A DNA stretch of 64,000 nt from Candidatus Omnitrophota bacterium (GCA_022709525.1 JAKLIQ010000009.1:19107-83106), one strand, 5' to 3'; counted from the first letter of the stretch, positions 1 to 8,900 are shown. The notes: a model not told the origin generated them from the sequence alone. A program made the numbers and translations.

Positions 1-684
1 TTGGTAATTCTTTATTTTGTTGAACGCGCTGATCTTTTTTTCCGTAACGAGACTGAGATAATTAACGCCTCCCGAACGTTCCAGCCCCGAAAACGCGGGG
101 TCTTTCTCCCTTTGATCCAAGAGCGCCTTGATCTCTTCTTCCGATCGGAGGCAGGATTGGTAACCTTTTTGCGCGGCGGCAAGGTCATAATAGGTCACGA
201 TAAGCTCTCTGACGCGGTCGGTGACGACTTCCTTGATCTCGGCAAGGGCTACTTGATTCGCTTTTTTTTCTTTTCTGATGCGATAGATCGTGTTGGCATC
301 AAAAGAAAAATCCAGCAGCAGTTGCTGTCCCAGAAAGGGGCCGTGGTATTGTTTCAAACGCGTGAACATATCGACCGGTTTGACGCCGCTTGCGCCGAAC
401 TGAAGTTCGGGAAGCCACGCGTCGAGTTTGCTTACTTTGACGGCCAAACGGGCTCGGTCGGCGACAAGCGTTTTGGCTTTGATCTGGGGATCGACCTCCA
501 GAAGGCGGTCGATCGCGGCTCTGATCGAAAGATTGCCATAATCTATTTCGCCGGCTGCGGGGACCGGCTGGCTTGCGGTCGAAACACCCGTTTCCTGGGC
601 CGCCGCCAAAGGCGCGAAAACGGCTGCCAAAGCGAGCGTCGCAAGAACCGTCAGTTTTTTCCGCGTGTTATTCATCCCCATCAT
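1..684 (-). CDS. TolC-like outer membrane efflux protein (OEP family), N-terminal 228 aa; C-terminus runs off the window start
   Basis: Reverse-strand translation is open from the ATG at 684 to position 1: MMGMNNTRKKLTVLATLALAAVFAPLAAAQE (signal peptide), then IDYGNLSIRAAIDRLLEVDPQIKAKTLVADRARLAVKVSKLDAWLPEL, a typical TolC N-terminal helix pattern. It is not in the supplied ORF track. The + strand ORF 1..714 is its antisense shadow. Confidence 0.6.
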   Translation of the reverse strand, partial: MMGMNNTRKKLTVLATLALAAVFAPLAAAQETGVSTASQPVPAAGEIDYGNLSIRAAIDRLLEVDPQIKAKTLVADRARLAVKVSKLDAWLPELQFGASGVKPVDMFTRLKQYHGPFLGQQLLLDFSFDANTIYRIRKEKKANQVALAEIKEVVTDRVRELIVTYYDLAAAQKGYQSCLRSEEEIKALLDQREKDPAFSGLERSGGVNYLSLVTEKKISAFNKIKNYQ

Positions 685-717
685 GGATCCTTGAATTTTT
701 CGCAGCCCTTTTAAAAA

Positions 718-1980
718 TCATTCCAGGGCCTCTTCCGCATCCCACGGCTCATCCGTCCCGTCAAAACTGATCTTCGAACCTTGCGGCGGGATGATGTATT
801 TCAATTCGCCTGATTCGCGCAGACCGATCACAGAGCCCTTGGCGATCGCGACTCCCTGCATGCTCTGATCGGAGGCCAAAACGGCATATTCGAGATAGCG
901 GGATTCATAAAAACCGGCTTTGGTCCCTCCCGAACAAAGAATACCGTCGATCTCTTGATCCGCCGCAAGTTCGGCATATTGCAGGTAACCGGATCTGTAA
1001 AATCCCGCGGAGGTTCCCGCCGCGCAGCTGATCCCCTGGATCTTCTGATCCCCGGCAAGGACCGCGTATTGCAATCTTCCGGACTCATAAAAACCGGCCT
1101 TTCCGCCCCGCGCGCAAAAAATACCGTTGATCTCCTGATCTTCCGCGAGTATGGCGTATTTTAATTTTCCCGAAGGATAAAAACCCGTTGTGGACCCGCC
1201 GGAGCAACGAATACCCTGAACCTCTATGGTGGAAGCCAACAAGACCCAGTCGATCTCGCCGGATTCATGGAAACCAACACTCGGGCCTCCGGCGCAAGGC
1301 AGCCCCCGGATCGTGGCCGGCGAAGGAAGGAAAGCGCTTTTGATCCTTCCCGATTCATAAAAAACCATATAAGTGCTTTTGGCGAACGCGATCCCCTCGA
1401 TCCCCGTTCCTTGCGCCAGAGTGCCCGACTGCAATTTTCCGGATTCGTAAAAAACAACGGGGGTTCCTCCGGCTAAAATTATTTCCTGGATCGTTTGATC
1501 TTTACCCAAAACCGCTTGCTTGAGTTTTCCCGATCCAAAAAAGGCCACCTTGCTTCCCGACGCACAAAAGACGCCGTCGAATTCCTGACCCGCTTCGAGC
1601 ATGGCGTGATCAAGGCGGCCAGAATCTTCAAAATAGACCGAGGTTCCTTTTTGGAATTCGACGCCGCCGATCTTCTGGCTGCTGGCAAGATAAGCGTATT
1701 GCATTTTGCCGTCGGGATGGAAATAGACCGTAGCGCCTTGTTGAAAAACCGTTCCCTGAACGAACTGGTCGGCGCCAAGCAGGACATATTGGAGCTCTCC
1801 TTTTTCGGTAAAATGAACGGTGCTACCCGCCGGAAATTCCATGCCCTGAACCGTTTCATTTTTTGAAAGCGACCGTTCTCTGGTCAGAACGCCTGAGGAG
1901 GTCTTGAGCCCCGGACGCAGCCAGACCACAACCGTGACGGCCAAAAGCAGAACGGCGATGATCAGAATTGAACGACGCAA
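718..1980 (-). CDS. membrane-anchored tandem-repeat protein with about 12 repeats of 23 aa (consensus G-x4-FYESGKLxYAVLAxDQxIxGI); MORN/YwqK-like spacing, family not assigned
   Basis: 420-aa ORF with an N-terminal TM/signal anchor MRRSILIIAVLLLAVTVVVWL. The 69-bp DNA periodicity is visible at 900-1900 (recurring ttccggattcataaaaaccgg). It overlaps the upstream DGC gene by 19 nt, so an operon is likely. Confidence 0.6.
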   Translation of the reverse strand: MRRSILIIAVLLLAVTVVVWLRPGLKTSSGVLTRERSLSKNETVQGMEFPAGSTVHFTEKGELQYVLLGADQFVQGTVFQQGATVYFHPDGKMQYAYLASSQKIGGVEFQKGTSVYFEDSGRLDHAMLEAGQEFDGVFCASGSKVAFFGSGKLKQAVLGKDQTIQEIILAGGTPVVFYESGKLQSGTLAQGTGIEGIAFAKSTYMVFYESGRIKSAFLPSPATIRGLPCAGGPSVGFHESGEIDWVLLASTIEVQGIRCSGGSTTGFYPSGKLKYAILAEDQEINGIFCARGGKAGFYESGRLQYAVLAGDQKIQGISCAAGTSAGFYRSGYLQYAELAADQEIDGILCSGGTKAGFYESRYLEYAVLASDQSMQGVAIAKGSVIGLRESGELKYIIPPQGSKISFDGTDEPWDAEEALE

Positions 1981-3524
1981 TTTTTCCCCCTGTCTTTTGC
2001 CTGATAAAGGGCCGTGTCGGCTCGTTTAAGAAAATCCTGCGGGAAGATGTCCTGCGCGATATCATTTTCCGTAAAAGTGGTCACCCCGATACTGACCGTG
2101 ACCTTCATGTTTTTTCCCTGGACTTCCAGGAACATCTCCTCGGAGATCTTTTCTCTCAACCTTTCGGCAAGGGCATAAATACCTTCTTTGTCCGTTTCGG
2201 CCGCGAGGATCGAGAACTCTTCTCCTCCGTAGCGCGCGGCCACGTCCGATTCTCTCAGACATCCCTTGATCACTTCGGACATCTTAACGAGGATCTCATC
2301 GCCCGCCTGGTGCCCGTAGCGATCGTTGAACATCTTGAAATCATCGATATCAAGCATCATCAGCGACAGGCGTGTCCGGTAGCGTTTGGCCCGGTAGATC
2401 TCGGCCCTCAAGGTCTCGAAGAAATAAGTGTGCGTGTAAAGATGGGTCAATTCGTCCGTGATGGCCCTCTCCCGCTGGATCTCCAGCTCCGTTGTCATTT
2501 TGTCAAAGGACGCTGCAAGCTCGCCGATCTCGTCGTTCCGCCGGAGGTTGATCTTATGGCCGAGATTGCCTTCACTGATGATCTTGGTGCCGAGAAGCAA
2601 TTTCTTGACCGGAACCAGCATGCTATTGGCAAGAAGCAGGCCGATCACGATGGCGATCAAAACGCTGACGGCAAGCAGCAGGAATGATTGTTTTTTCATT
2701 TTTTCGACGCCGTAAAGGGCTTCCGCGGCGGGTTGCTTGATGACGACCGCCCCCATGATCTTGCCTTCGAGAGGCAGGTAGGCGTAAAGATCGTTACGGA
2801 GGTGGACGCTCCCGGTCTTACCTTTCAGGGCCGATCTCACGGCCTCATCCTGCCAAAGACCTCCCGCCTGAACCCCGCCGGTCCGATAAATAAGACCGCC
2901 CTTTTTATCGGTGACAACCACAACGCCATCCGACCCGACCCGTGTCTGGTCGAGTATGGGCCACAGACTCTTTAATTTCACCTCGGTCACCAGAACCCCG
3001 ATCCTTTTTTTGAAGTTATCCCGGTCGAAGATCGGGGAAGCGATCGTGATGAGCGGGTCACCGGTTTTTGAAAAAAAGACATCCGAAAGATAGCTTTTAC
3101 TTTTGGATCTGAGAAAGGCCTCTGTTTGCGAAAGGTCTTTATTCTGCTCCTGGGGGTTTCTTGAAGCTATCACAACCCCTGCCTCGTTCAGCACCGCGAC
3201 AGGGTCGAGCATCTCATGCTCGGAAACAACCTCGTAAACCAGCTTGTCGATCTGGGAAAGGTCAAGATCCTTGATTGCCGGCGTCAGCGTCATAAGTTCC
3301 ACGGAGCTTTGCGCCTGCCGTACGAAATTGTTGATCTTGTCCCTGACATTCTCGCAAGCGGCGAGGTTTTTCTTCAAAATGGCGTCGACGAGAGCCCTTT
3401 GACTTTGGTAGATAAGAATGGATCCGCTTAGAAAGGTGGCGGTGGCGACCAACAGAATAAAAATGGCTGTGATTTTGAAGTGAATGCTCGAAAAAAAACC
3501 GACCCGTTGAGCTGCTTTCTTCAT
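1962..3524 (-). CDS. sensor diguanylate cyclase (N-terminal TM, periplasmic Cache-like sensor, HAMP, GGDEF)
   Basis: GGDEF active-site motif ARYGGEEFSIL. Two TM segments flank a periplasmic domain. RBS AAAGGAG lies 7 nt before the ATG at 3524; the track start at 3545 lies inside the RBS. Confidence 0.85.
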   Translation of the reverse strand: MKKAAQRVGFFSSIHFKITAIFILLVATATFLSGSILIYQSQRALVDAILKKNLAACENVRDKINNFVRQAQSSVELMTLTPAIKDLDLSQIDKLVYEVVSEHEMLDPVAVLNEAGVVIASRNPQEQNKDLSQTEAFLRSKSKSYLSDVFFSKTGDPLITIASPIFDRDNFKKRIGVLVTEVKLKSLWPILDQTRVGSDGVVVVTDKKGGLIYRTGGVQAGGLWQDEAVRSALKGKTGSVHLRNDLYAYLPLEGKIMGAVVIKQPAAEALYGVEKMKKQSFLLLAVSVLIAIVIGLLLANSMLVPVKKLLLGTKIISEGNLGHKINLRRNDEIGELAASFDKMTTELEIQRERAITDELTHLYTHTYFFETLRAEIYRAKRYRTRLSLMMLDIDDFKMFNDRYGHQAGDEILVKMSEVIKGCLRESDVAARYGGEEFSILAAETDKEGIYALAERLREKISEEMFLEVQGKNMKVTVSIGVTTFTENDIAQDIFPQDFLKRADTALYQAKDRGKNCVVQF

Positions 3525-3560
3525 AAAAAGCTCCTTTCCAAGCACAATTTTTAGACGTTT

Positions 3561-3600
3561 GTGCCATGACTTTCAAGCAACTGTCATTTTGGCACACCCT
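3561..3600. promoter_or_regulatory. imperfect palindrome GTGCCATGAC-N12-GTCATTTTGGCAC in the DGC upstream region (candidate operator)
   Basis: Inverted repeat seen directly, 20-60 nt upstream of the DGC start codon. Confidence 0.3.
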
Positions 3601-3765
3601 GCCTTCGCTCGAACGTCTTCAGGAGACAATTCTCCCTTGCTCGTTCCGACCTTAGTTATCGGCCAAGCTGCGTGCGGAAGTTAGGATAATTTTTAGCTAA
3701 ACGCTTGAAGAGAAAGGACTTCTGAAAAAAACAAGGGATTGGATTTTTGGGGGGTATGGCTCATA

Positions 3766-3801
3766 AAAAAGGCGGCATCTTTTAAGATGCCGCCTTTTTG
3801 T
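3766..3801. terminator. bidirectional rho-independent terminator
   Basis: AAAAAAGGCGGCATC-TTTTAA-GATGCCGCCTTTTTG: a perfect 9-bp GC stem flanked by an A-run and a T-run, directly downstream of the small secreted protein gene. Confidence 0.8.
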
Positions 3802-3826
3802 GCAACTTTTTGATGACCCGAGGGGA

Positions 3827-4156
3827 TTATTTCTTTTCCTCGAGCTCCTTAGCCCCTTCCTCAAGCCCTTCTGAAGTGTCTTGCCCGAGGGTAGCGACGG
3901 GTTTTAAAATGCTCCCCGTCCCTTCAACGACCGTTTTGCCGATGTCGACTACCGCAGAACCGGTATTGACGACCGTTTGGCCGACAGCCTTACCCGCGGC
4001 GACAGTTCCTTTGCCGATACCTTCACCGGTCTTTTTGGAAGCGTCCACGAACTTATCGCCGGTTTCTTTCGCCGTTGGATTTTCCGCCATGACCGCGCTG
4101 CAAGCAAAACAAAAGACCATTGCTACTGCTAAAACCACACTTAAAAACTTGCTCAT
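3827..4156 (-). CDS. small secreted protein (Gly/Thr/Lys-rich, 109 aa), hypothetical
   Basis: Signal peptide MSKFLSVVLAVAMVFCFACSAVMA. Strong RBS AAGGAGG 7 nt upstream of the ATG at 4156. The track ORF 3827..4192 starts upstream of the RBS. Confidence 0.6.
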   Translation of the reverse strand: MSKFLSVVLAVAMVFCFACSAVMAENPTAKETGDKFVDASKKTGEGIGKGTVAAGKAVGQTVVNTGSAVVDIGKTVVEGTGSILKPVATLGQDTSEGLEEGAKELEEKK

Positions 4157-4326
4157 AGGTAATTCCTCCTTCATTTTGACTTCCCCAATCAAGGGGCACG
4201 TATTTTACACCAAATACCCGGCTTCCGCTATTGAAATTAATGCTTCTCATTTTTTCTAACTTATTCTATTTCAACGAGTTAGAACGAAAGATCCTTATCC
4301 TGTGAGGATGCAAGGAGGGTTTAGGC

Positions 4327-4494
4327 CTAGAAACTATGGACGACTTTGACTTTTTGCCCCGTAAGCTTGAGCTCGGTACTGTTCCCGGGATCGGTCTCAG
4401 TGGCTTTTTTCTCCTGGATCGTCGTGGAACACCCTAAAAAGAGGATGCCTACGCAAAATAGTGCTGTTATAAAGATCTTCATTTTGAGTTTCAT
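4327..4494 (-). CDS. putative 55-aa lipoprotein (MKLKMKIFITALFCVGILFLGC...), hypothetical
   Basis: Manual reverse translation. The signal peptide plus lipobox FLGC is protein-like. It is below the 60-aa cutoff of the track. The alternative-frame track ORF 4397..4594 looks spurious. Confidence 0.3.
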   Translation of the reverse strand: MKLKMKIFITALFCVGILFLGCSTTIQEKKATETDPGNSTELKLTGQKVKVVHSF

Positions 4495-4555
4495 GGGATT
4501 CCATTGAGACGCTTGAGGGCTGGCCAGGTCCCGATTGACCCGTTTCTTTTGATAA

Positions 4556-4590
4556 ATAAAAAATCGGGGCGCCCTGTCTTTTATTTATTT
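4556..4590. terminator. GGGGCGCCC palindrome flanked by A6/T-rich runs (candidate bidirectional terminator closing the hairpin-rich tRNA-Pro downstream region)
   Basis: aaaaaatcggggcgccctgtcttttatttattt. Confidence 0.4.
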
Positions 4591-4594
4591 CCAA

Positions 4595-4785
4595 AACCGA
4601 AGACAGGACTGCCTCCGATTACCGTACACGGCCATCCCCCAGCCGTGATGATATCGCACTTGTGTATTGGACACAAGTGTTGAACCGACCGAGGATTTGC
4701 CCCTGTGCTTTATGCACAGGGACTCCGCGGCGGGAACTTGTTGTTCCCGTCCGCGGGCATCCTCTCGTCCGCCTTCATAAACTCA
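4595..4785 (-). ncRNA. hairpin-rich structured region downstream of tRNA-Pro (four perfect or near-perfect hairpins); candidate structured ncRNA or REP-like cluster
   Basis: CACTTGTGT-ATTGG-ACACAAGTG; CCCTGTGC-TTTAT-GCACAGGG; CCGCGGCGGGAAC-TTGTT-GTTCCCGtCCGCGG; CACGGC-N9-GCCGTG. No convincing ORF. Confidence 0.3.
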
Positions 4786-4823
4786 AAAAGCCTGGAAGAT
4801 AAACGCCCAGGCTTTTTGAATTA
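4786..4823. terminator. rho-independent terminator immediately 3' of tRNA-Pro
   Basis: AAAAAGCCTGG-N11-CCAGGCTTTTTG. Confidence 0.7.
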
Positions 4824-4897
4824 TCGGGGCGAGAGGATTTGAACCTCCGACCGCACGCACCCCAAGCGTGTGCGCTACCAGGCTGCGCTACGCCCCG
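4824..4897 (-). tRNA. tRNA-Pro (anticodon GGG)
   Basis: Cloverleaf built by hand: acceptor CGGGGCG/CGCCCCG, D-arm AGCGCAGCCTGGTAGCGC, anticodon stem CACGC/GCGTG with loop TTGGGGT, T-arm GGAGGTTCAAATCCTCT. No encoded CCA. Confidence 0.85.
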
Positions 4898-5166
4898 ATC
4901 AACTTTTATTAAATTTTCAATGAAGATCGGGACAGTCCAAATTCACCCGTTCAATTTAGACCGAGAATTCGGACGCCCCGATGAACCTTAATTGAAAAAT
5001 ATAACAGACATCGGGAGCAGTCTTGATTTCCTTAAACTTTTTGGATAAAAATCAAGGCGCCCCGACATCGAAAAAACCTTTAAAACGAACCGAAAGTATA
5101 TCAAATTCCTGGAATTCTGTCTGTACTTTGGATGTGATTAGGTTATTTGAGAAGTAATTTGATTTT

Positions 5167-5628
5167 TTATTTCGATAGAACGGAGTCGAGACTGAACGGA
5201 TGTTCGTTCAGAAGGGCAAGGCGGATACCGATCGCGGTGTTGCAGATATCCATGATAAGGACTTGATAGGGTTGCATATGGAGGATGCTTCCCTCCCCAA
5301 AACAGCCGCAGTCAGCCGGGAGGCCGCCCGTCACAAGACGGGTCAACAAGATCAACAGCACAAAACTCCAGGACATGGCCGCCAATACCAGCGCGCTGAT
5401 CCGGCACTGATAGCCGACGATCATGAAGACGCCAAAGAAAAATTCGACCCATGGAATCACATGAGCCAGAAAAGGAATAAAAATATACGGGATGATCTCA
5501 TAAGCGGCCATGCCCCCTTGAAAATTTTCAACCGGCTCCATGAGCTTGGTGAACCCGGAATACGCGAAGATAAGCCCGATGAAAATCCGTCCCAGAAAAA
5601 GGATCTTGTAATTTTTCTCTGATGTCAT
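5167..5628 (-). CDS. DoxX/MauE-like integral membrane protein with CGCFG cysteine pair
   Basis: Four predicted TM helices, DoxX-like composition. The start overlaps the stop of the upstream DsbA-like gene (ATGA). Confidence 0.6.
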   Translation of the reverse strand: MTSEKNYKILFLGRIFIGLIFAYSGFTKLMEPVENFQGGMAAYEIIPYIFIPFLAHVIPWVEFFFGVFMIVGYQCRISALVLAAMSWSFVLLILLTRLVTGGLPADCGCFGEGSILHMQPYQVLIMDICNTAIGIRLALLNEHPFSLDSVLSK

Positions 5629-6416
5629 GGGGTTTTTTTATCAGATGTTGGTGCTGACGCGGGTGGTGGAGGAATCGCGGGCGGCGCTGGCTCCGGCACA
5701 GGAATAGGCGGCAACCCGAGCGCTTTACGGATCGCGTTCTCGCCCCGCTCCTGCATCTCCCTCGGACCGACAAATCTTTCTTCGCCAAGAAAAAGCGTCG
5801 GCGTGGCATTCACCTGGCGCTGATTTCCCTCTTCTTTTTCCGCATAGATCGCTTTCGTTACCGAAACATCGGACATGCATTTCCCGAACCGGTTCATATC
5901 GGCCCCGAGCTCCCGGGCGTATTGAAACATGATCTCCACGGGCGGCACGATGGAAGGCGCCCACTCGGGCTGTTTTTCATAAAGCTTTTCCTGGTACGGC
6001 CAGAATTTACCCTGGATATGCATGCATTCGGCGGCCTGGTGCGCATAAATGGACCAGCGGTGCGAAGTGAGCGGAAAGTGCTTGAAGGTAAGCTGGATCT
6101 TCCCGGGATATTCCTGGATGATCTTATGCAATTCTTGCTGGGCGACGCGGCAAGAAGGGCATTCGAAATCGCTGTATTCGATGATCTTGATCGGGGCTGT
6201 TGCGGGGCCCTGGGTTTTTGGAGCCGAAAGGTACGCGCCGGCCAAGGAAGGTGCGGGAACCGGCGCCGGCTTGCTCCGCTTCGCAAGCATCACGATACCG
6301 GTCAGGATGATCACGAGCGTCATGCCGGCCAGGACCGAACGAAAGTTCAGCTTTGCCGGCCAAAATCTTTTCTTTGTTTTCTCTTCAAGCTTGGTTGTTT
6401 CCACTTTCGGTCCCAT
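5625..6416 (-). CDS. DsbA-family thiol:disulfide oxidoreductase, membrane-anchored (thioredoxin fold, CPSC active site)
   Basis: IIEYSDFECPSCRVAQQEL motif; N-terminal TM anchor; Pro-rich C-terminal tail. Confidence 0.8.
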   Translation of the reverse strand: MGPKVETTKLEEKTKKRFWPAKLNFRSVLAGMTLVIILTGIVMLAKRSKPAPVPAPSLAGAYLSAPKTQGPATAPIKIIEYSDFECPSCRVAQQELHKIIQEYPGKIQLTFKHFPLTSHRWSIYAHQAAECMHIQGKFWPYQEKLYEKQPEWAPSIVPPVEIMFQYARELGADMNRFGKCMSDVSVTKAIYAEKEEGNQRQVNATPTLFLGEERFVGPREMQERGENAIRKALGLPPIPVPEPAPPAIPPPPASAPTSDKKTP

Positions 6417-6428
6417 GGTCTTTGGACG

Positions 6429-8282
6429 CTATTTTATGGGAACATGCCGCCCCGAATCAACGACGATCTGGCGGATGGCCTTGTTGCTTGGAAGTTTTTG
6501 CATCGCCTCAAGCGAGAAGGGCGCTACAAGCGACCAGTTCTGAGGCCCCATGCTGCCCGGAACATTGATGCGGTATTCCCATGAATCCCGCCCTTCGTAA
6601 TCCCCAAGCGCAAGCCAGTCCTGAAGGATCTGCAAGCTGAAGATGGAGCGGGCTTGATTCACGCTCGCCAGGGCTTTTGTGATGAATTCCTGCGAAACGC
6701 GGTGCTCGACCGGACCCGCCATACCCACGTAATGCCAGTACGACCTGCGCTCATCATGCGAGCTGAGATAGGCATCCACAAGATGCCAGGCCTCGTCGCG
6801 ATTCTTCCCCAGGATCGCTAAAAGCATTCCGACGCTTTCGATGCTCGCCTTCCAGCGAAGCCGGCCGTGACCCGAATGGGCTGTGTCAAAAAGTTTCTCT
6901 TTGAAAATGTCGAACGGGATCCCGCGTTCCTCGCATTTCTTGCGGAAGAACCACTCATCCACGGTCCCCGCTTCATGCTCCCACCAGGCGCAAAAGGGGC
7001 TTGTGTCATGCGTTGAAAGCATCGCCATGGAATTGTCCCGGTAGGCGTCCCCGGCCTTGAATTTGTAATCTTTACCCCAGTTGCGGACCCACCGCTGGAC
7101 GTCCGAGCCCGGGATCTTGTATTCCTCAAGGATCTCATACGAACATTTGGGAACTACGCCGAGGTCTTCGGCGCAAGGCAGCATTTTGGCGCTTTCAAGC
7201 ATCACATCGAGGATCTTCCGACCCTGCTCTTTCCAGACGTGTTCGTCTTTGGGGTCGAAATGGCCGTTCATGCCGGCATGTTCCGGGGGCTCGGAAAGCG
7301 AGATGGTCCAAAGACGGAACATCCCGACAAAGTGATCGATGCGGAAAAGATCAAAAAAATTCTCCGCATATTTTATTTTCCGCCGCAAGTAATGGAATTT
7401 ATCGGCGACGATCCTCCCCCAATTGTAAGGAGGCATTCCCCACCGCTGCCCTTGCGCAAAATAGAGGTCGGGCGGCGCGCCGGAGGAAAGATCCAGTTTG
7501 AAATATTCCTGATGGGCCCAAACATCCGCGCTGTCCCGGGAAACAAGAAACGGGATATCTCCCATCAGCAAAACGCCGCATTTTGCCGCATATTGCTTGG
7601 CCGCGCTCAGCTGCTCAAAGAGCTGCCACTGAAGCCACTCGTGGAACAGGATCTCCTCTTTATGTTTCCGGGAAAAATCTTCAACCGCCTTAGGCGATTT
7701 ATATTTGAACTCGTCAGGCCAATCCATCCAGCCGGCCATCTGGAACCGGCTTTTCAGGGTCTTGAAAATGGCGTAATCCTCAAGCCAATCTTTCTGGGCC
7801 TTCAGGTAGGCCAGGAATCTTTTTTCTTTTTTGGATTTCGGGGAGCTCAAGAAGATCTTCCATAGGAGTTCGAGTTTGGCTTTTTTGACCTCATAATTGA
7901 CCCTCGCTTTCCCGGCCGGAAATTTTTCGCGAAGCGCCTGGATCTCTTTGGCAAAAGCCTTAAGGTTGCATCCGGTAAGCCCTGTCAGGGAAAGGTACAT
8001 CGGGTCGAGCGCCATGCTGCTTTGGGCGTCATAAGGACGGAAATCAAAACCAACATCATTGAGCGGCAAAAGCTGGATGATGGAAAGCCCCGTTTTTTTG
8101 CACCAATCGATAAGAAGCTTCAGGTCGGGGGCTTCGCCGATCCCGATGCTTTGTTTTGAATAGATCGAAAAAAGCGGGGTCGTCACGCCGGCCCGGCGCT
8201 TTGCGCCGATCTTTTTCCATATTTTTCCGCATGCGGAACTTAAGAAAGGTTGGTAGTCGTATTTCATAAGGTGTCTAGGCAT
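6429..8282 (-). CDS. malQ: 4-alpha-glucanotransferase (amylomaltase, GH77)
   Basis: GH77 signatures GDIPFLVSRDSADVW, LSTHDT and DHF. The start is uncertain: TTG at 8306 or ATG at 8282/8264. Confidence 0.85.
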   Translation of the reverse strand: MPRHLMKYDYQPFLSSACGKIWKKIGAKRRAGVTTPLFSIYSKQSIGIGEAPDLKLLIDWCKKTGLSIIQLLPLNDVGFDFRPYDAQSSMALDPMYLSLTGLTGCNLKAFAKEIQALREKFPAGKARVNYEVKKAKLELLWKIFLSSPKSKKEKRFLAYLKAQKDWLEDYAIFKTLKSRFQMAGWMDWPDEFKYKSPKAVEDFSRKHKEEILFHEWLQWQLFEQLSAAKQYAAKCGVLLMGDIPFLVSRDSADVWAHQEYFKLDLSSGAPPDLYFAQGQRWGMPPYNWGRIVADKFHYLRRKIKYAENFFDLFRIDHFVGMFRLWTISLSEPPEHAGMNGHFDPKDEHVWKEQGRKILDVMLESAKMLPCAEDLGVVPKCSYEILEEYKIPGSDVQRWVRNWGKDYKFKAGDAYRDNSMAMLSTHDTSPFCAWWEHEAGTVDEWFFRKKCEERGIPFDIFKEKLFDTAHSGHGRLRWKASIESVGMLLAILGKNRDEAWHLVDAYLSSHDERRSYWHYVGMAGPVEHRVSQEFITKALASVNQARSIFSLQILQDWLALGDYEGRDSWEYRINVPGSMGPQNWSLVAPFSLEAMQKLPSNKAIRQIVVDSGRHVPIK

Positions 8283-8880
8283 TGCCCGGATCTTTAAAAC
8301 GGTCAAAAAGTTTACGGATATCGCCCTCGGCCGAGCGCACGATCTGGCTGCAAATGAAGATAAGGACCGAAAACTGCCAGCAATCTTCCGGGCCGATCAC
8401 AAGGCCTGTCGAAACATTCTCCTGGCGCTGAAGTTCGCGCGAAAAATGTTCGATGGCTTTCGCGAGCTTTTCTTCCCGGATATCCAAGGAGGTTATTGTA
8501 TTCTCATATTTCATGGAAGGAAAGCGGATACCGCGCACCAAAAGAAAGGTGGTGAGATAATCCTCGACCCCCGGGAACTTTTTTTCGAACTCGAACCCTT
8601 CAAATTGGGGTAAATGAGGCGGCAGGATGATCGACGGTTTATCGACCGCCACCTGTCCTTTTCGTATGACGGTGTCCCCATGATTCACGGCGGACTCGGC
8701 CAGAAAGATATAAGGGATCTGCGTGACCTCGAAGGTCTGGAGCGGCTGGATCCGGGGACGGACGATCTCGGTGCTTTTCAGGGCTTTGTCCCAGGAATCA
8801 TGAATGTCCATTTGAAATCCGTATGGGGTATGTCTTATATCGTAGAATCGCGAAATGTCGGTTTTGGCGACATACGACAT
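8275..8880 (-). CDS. hypothetical protein (201 aa)
   Basis: Long ORF with protein-like composition, co-directional and slightly overlapping the malQ start; no recognised domain. Confidence 0.4.
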   Translation of the reverse strand: MSYVAKTDISRFYDIRHTPYGFQMDIHDSWDKALKSTEIVRPRIQPLQTFEVTQIPYIFLAESAVNHGDTVIRKGQVAVDKPSIILPPHLPQFEGFEFEKKFPGVEDYLTTFLLVRGIRFPSMKYENTITSLDIREEKLAKAIEHFSRELQRQENVSTGLVIGPEDCWQFSVLIFICSQIVRSAEGDIRKLFDRFKDPGNA

Positions 8881-8900
8881 GCTATATATGATGCGCTGTT

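Noticed and set aside
1-714. + strand ORF 1..714 (237 aa) from the track
   Set aside because: It has no domain signal and is fully antisense to a convincing TolC-like reading frame; it is the GC-rich antisense shadow.
4397-4594. 65-aa track ORF on the minus strand
   Set aside because: Composition is not protein-like and it runs through the hairpin/terminator region. An alternative 55-aa lipoprotein frame fits better, though that is itself low confidence.
4890-5070. Three copies of CGCCCCGA (tRNA-Pro 5' end plus two upstream) as possible att-site duplications of an integrated element
   Set aside because: An 8-mer is expected about twice by chance in 64 kb on both strands. There is no integrase and the repeats cover the tRNA 5' end rather than the 3' end.
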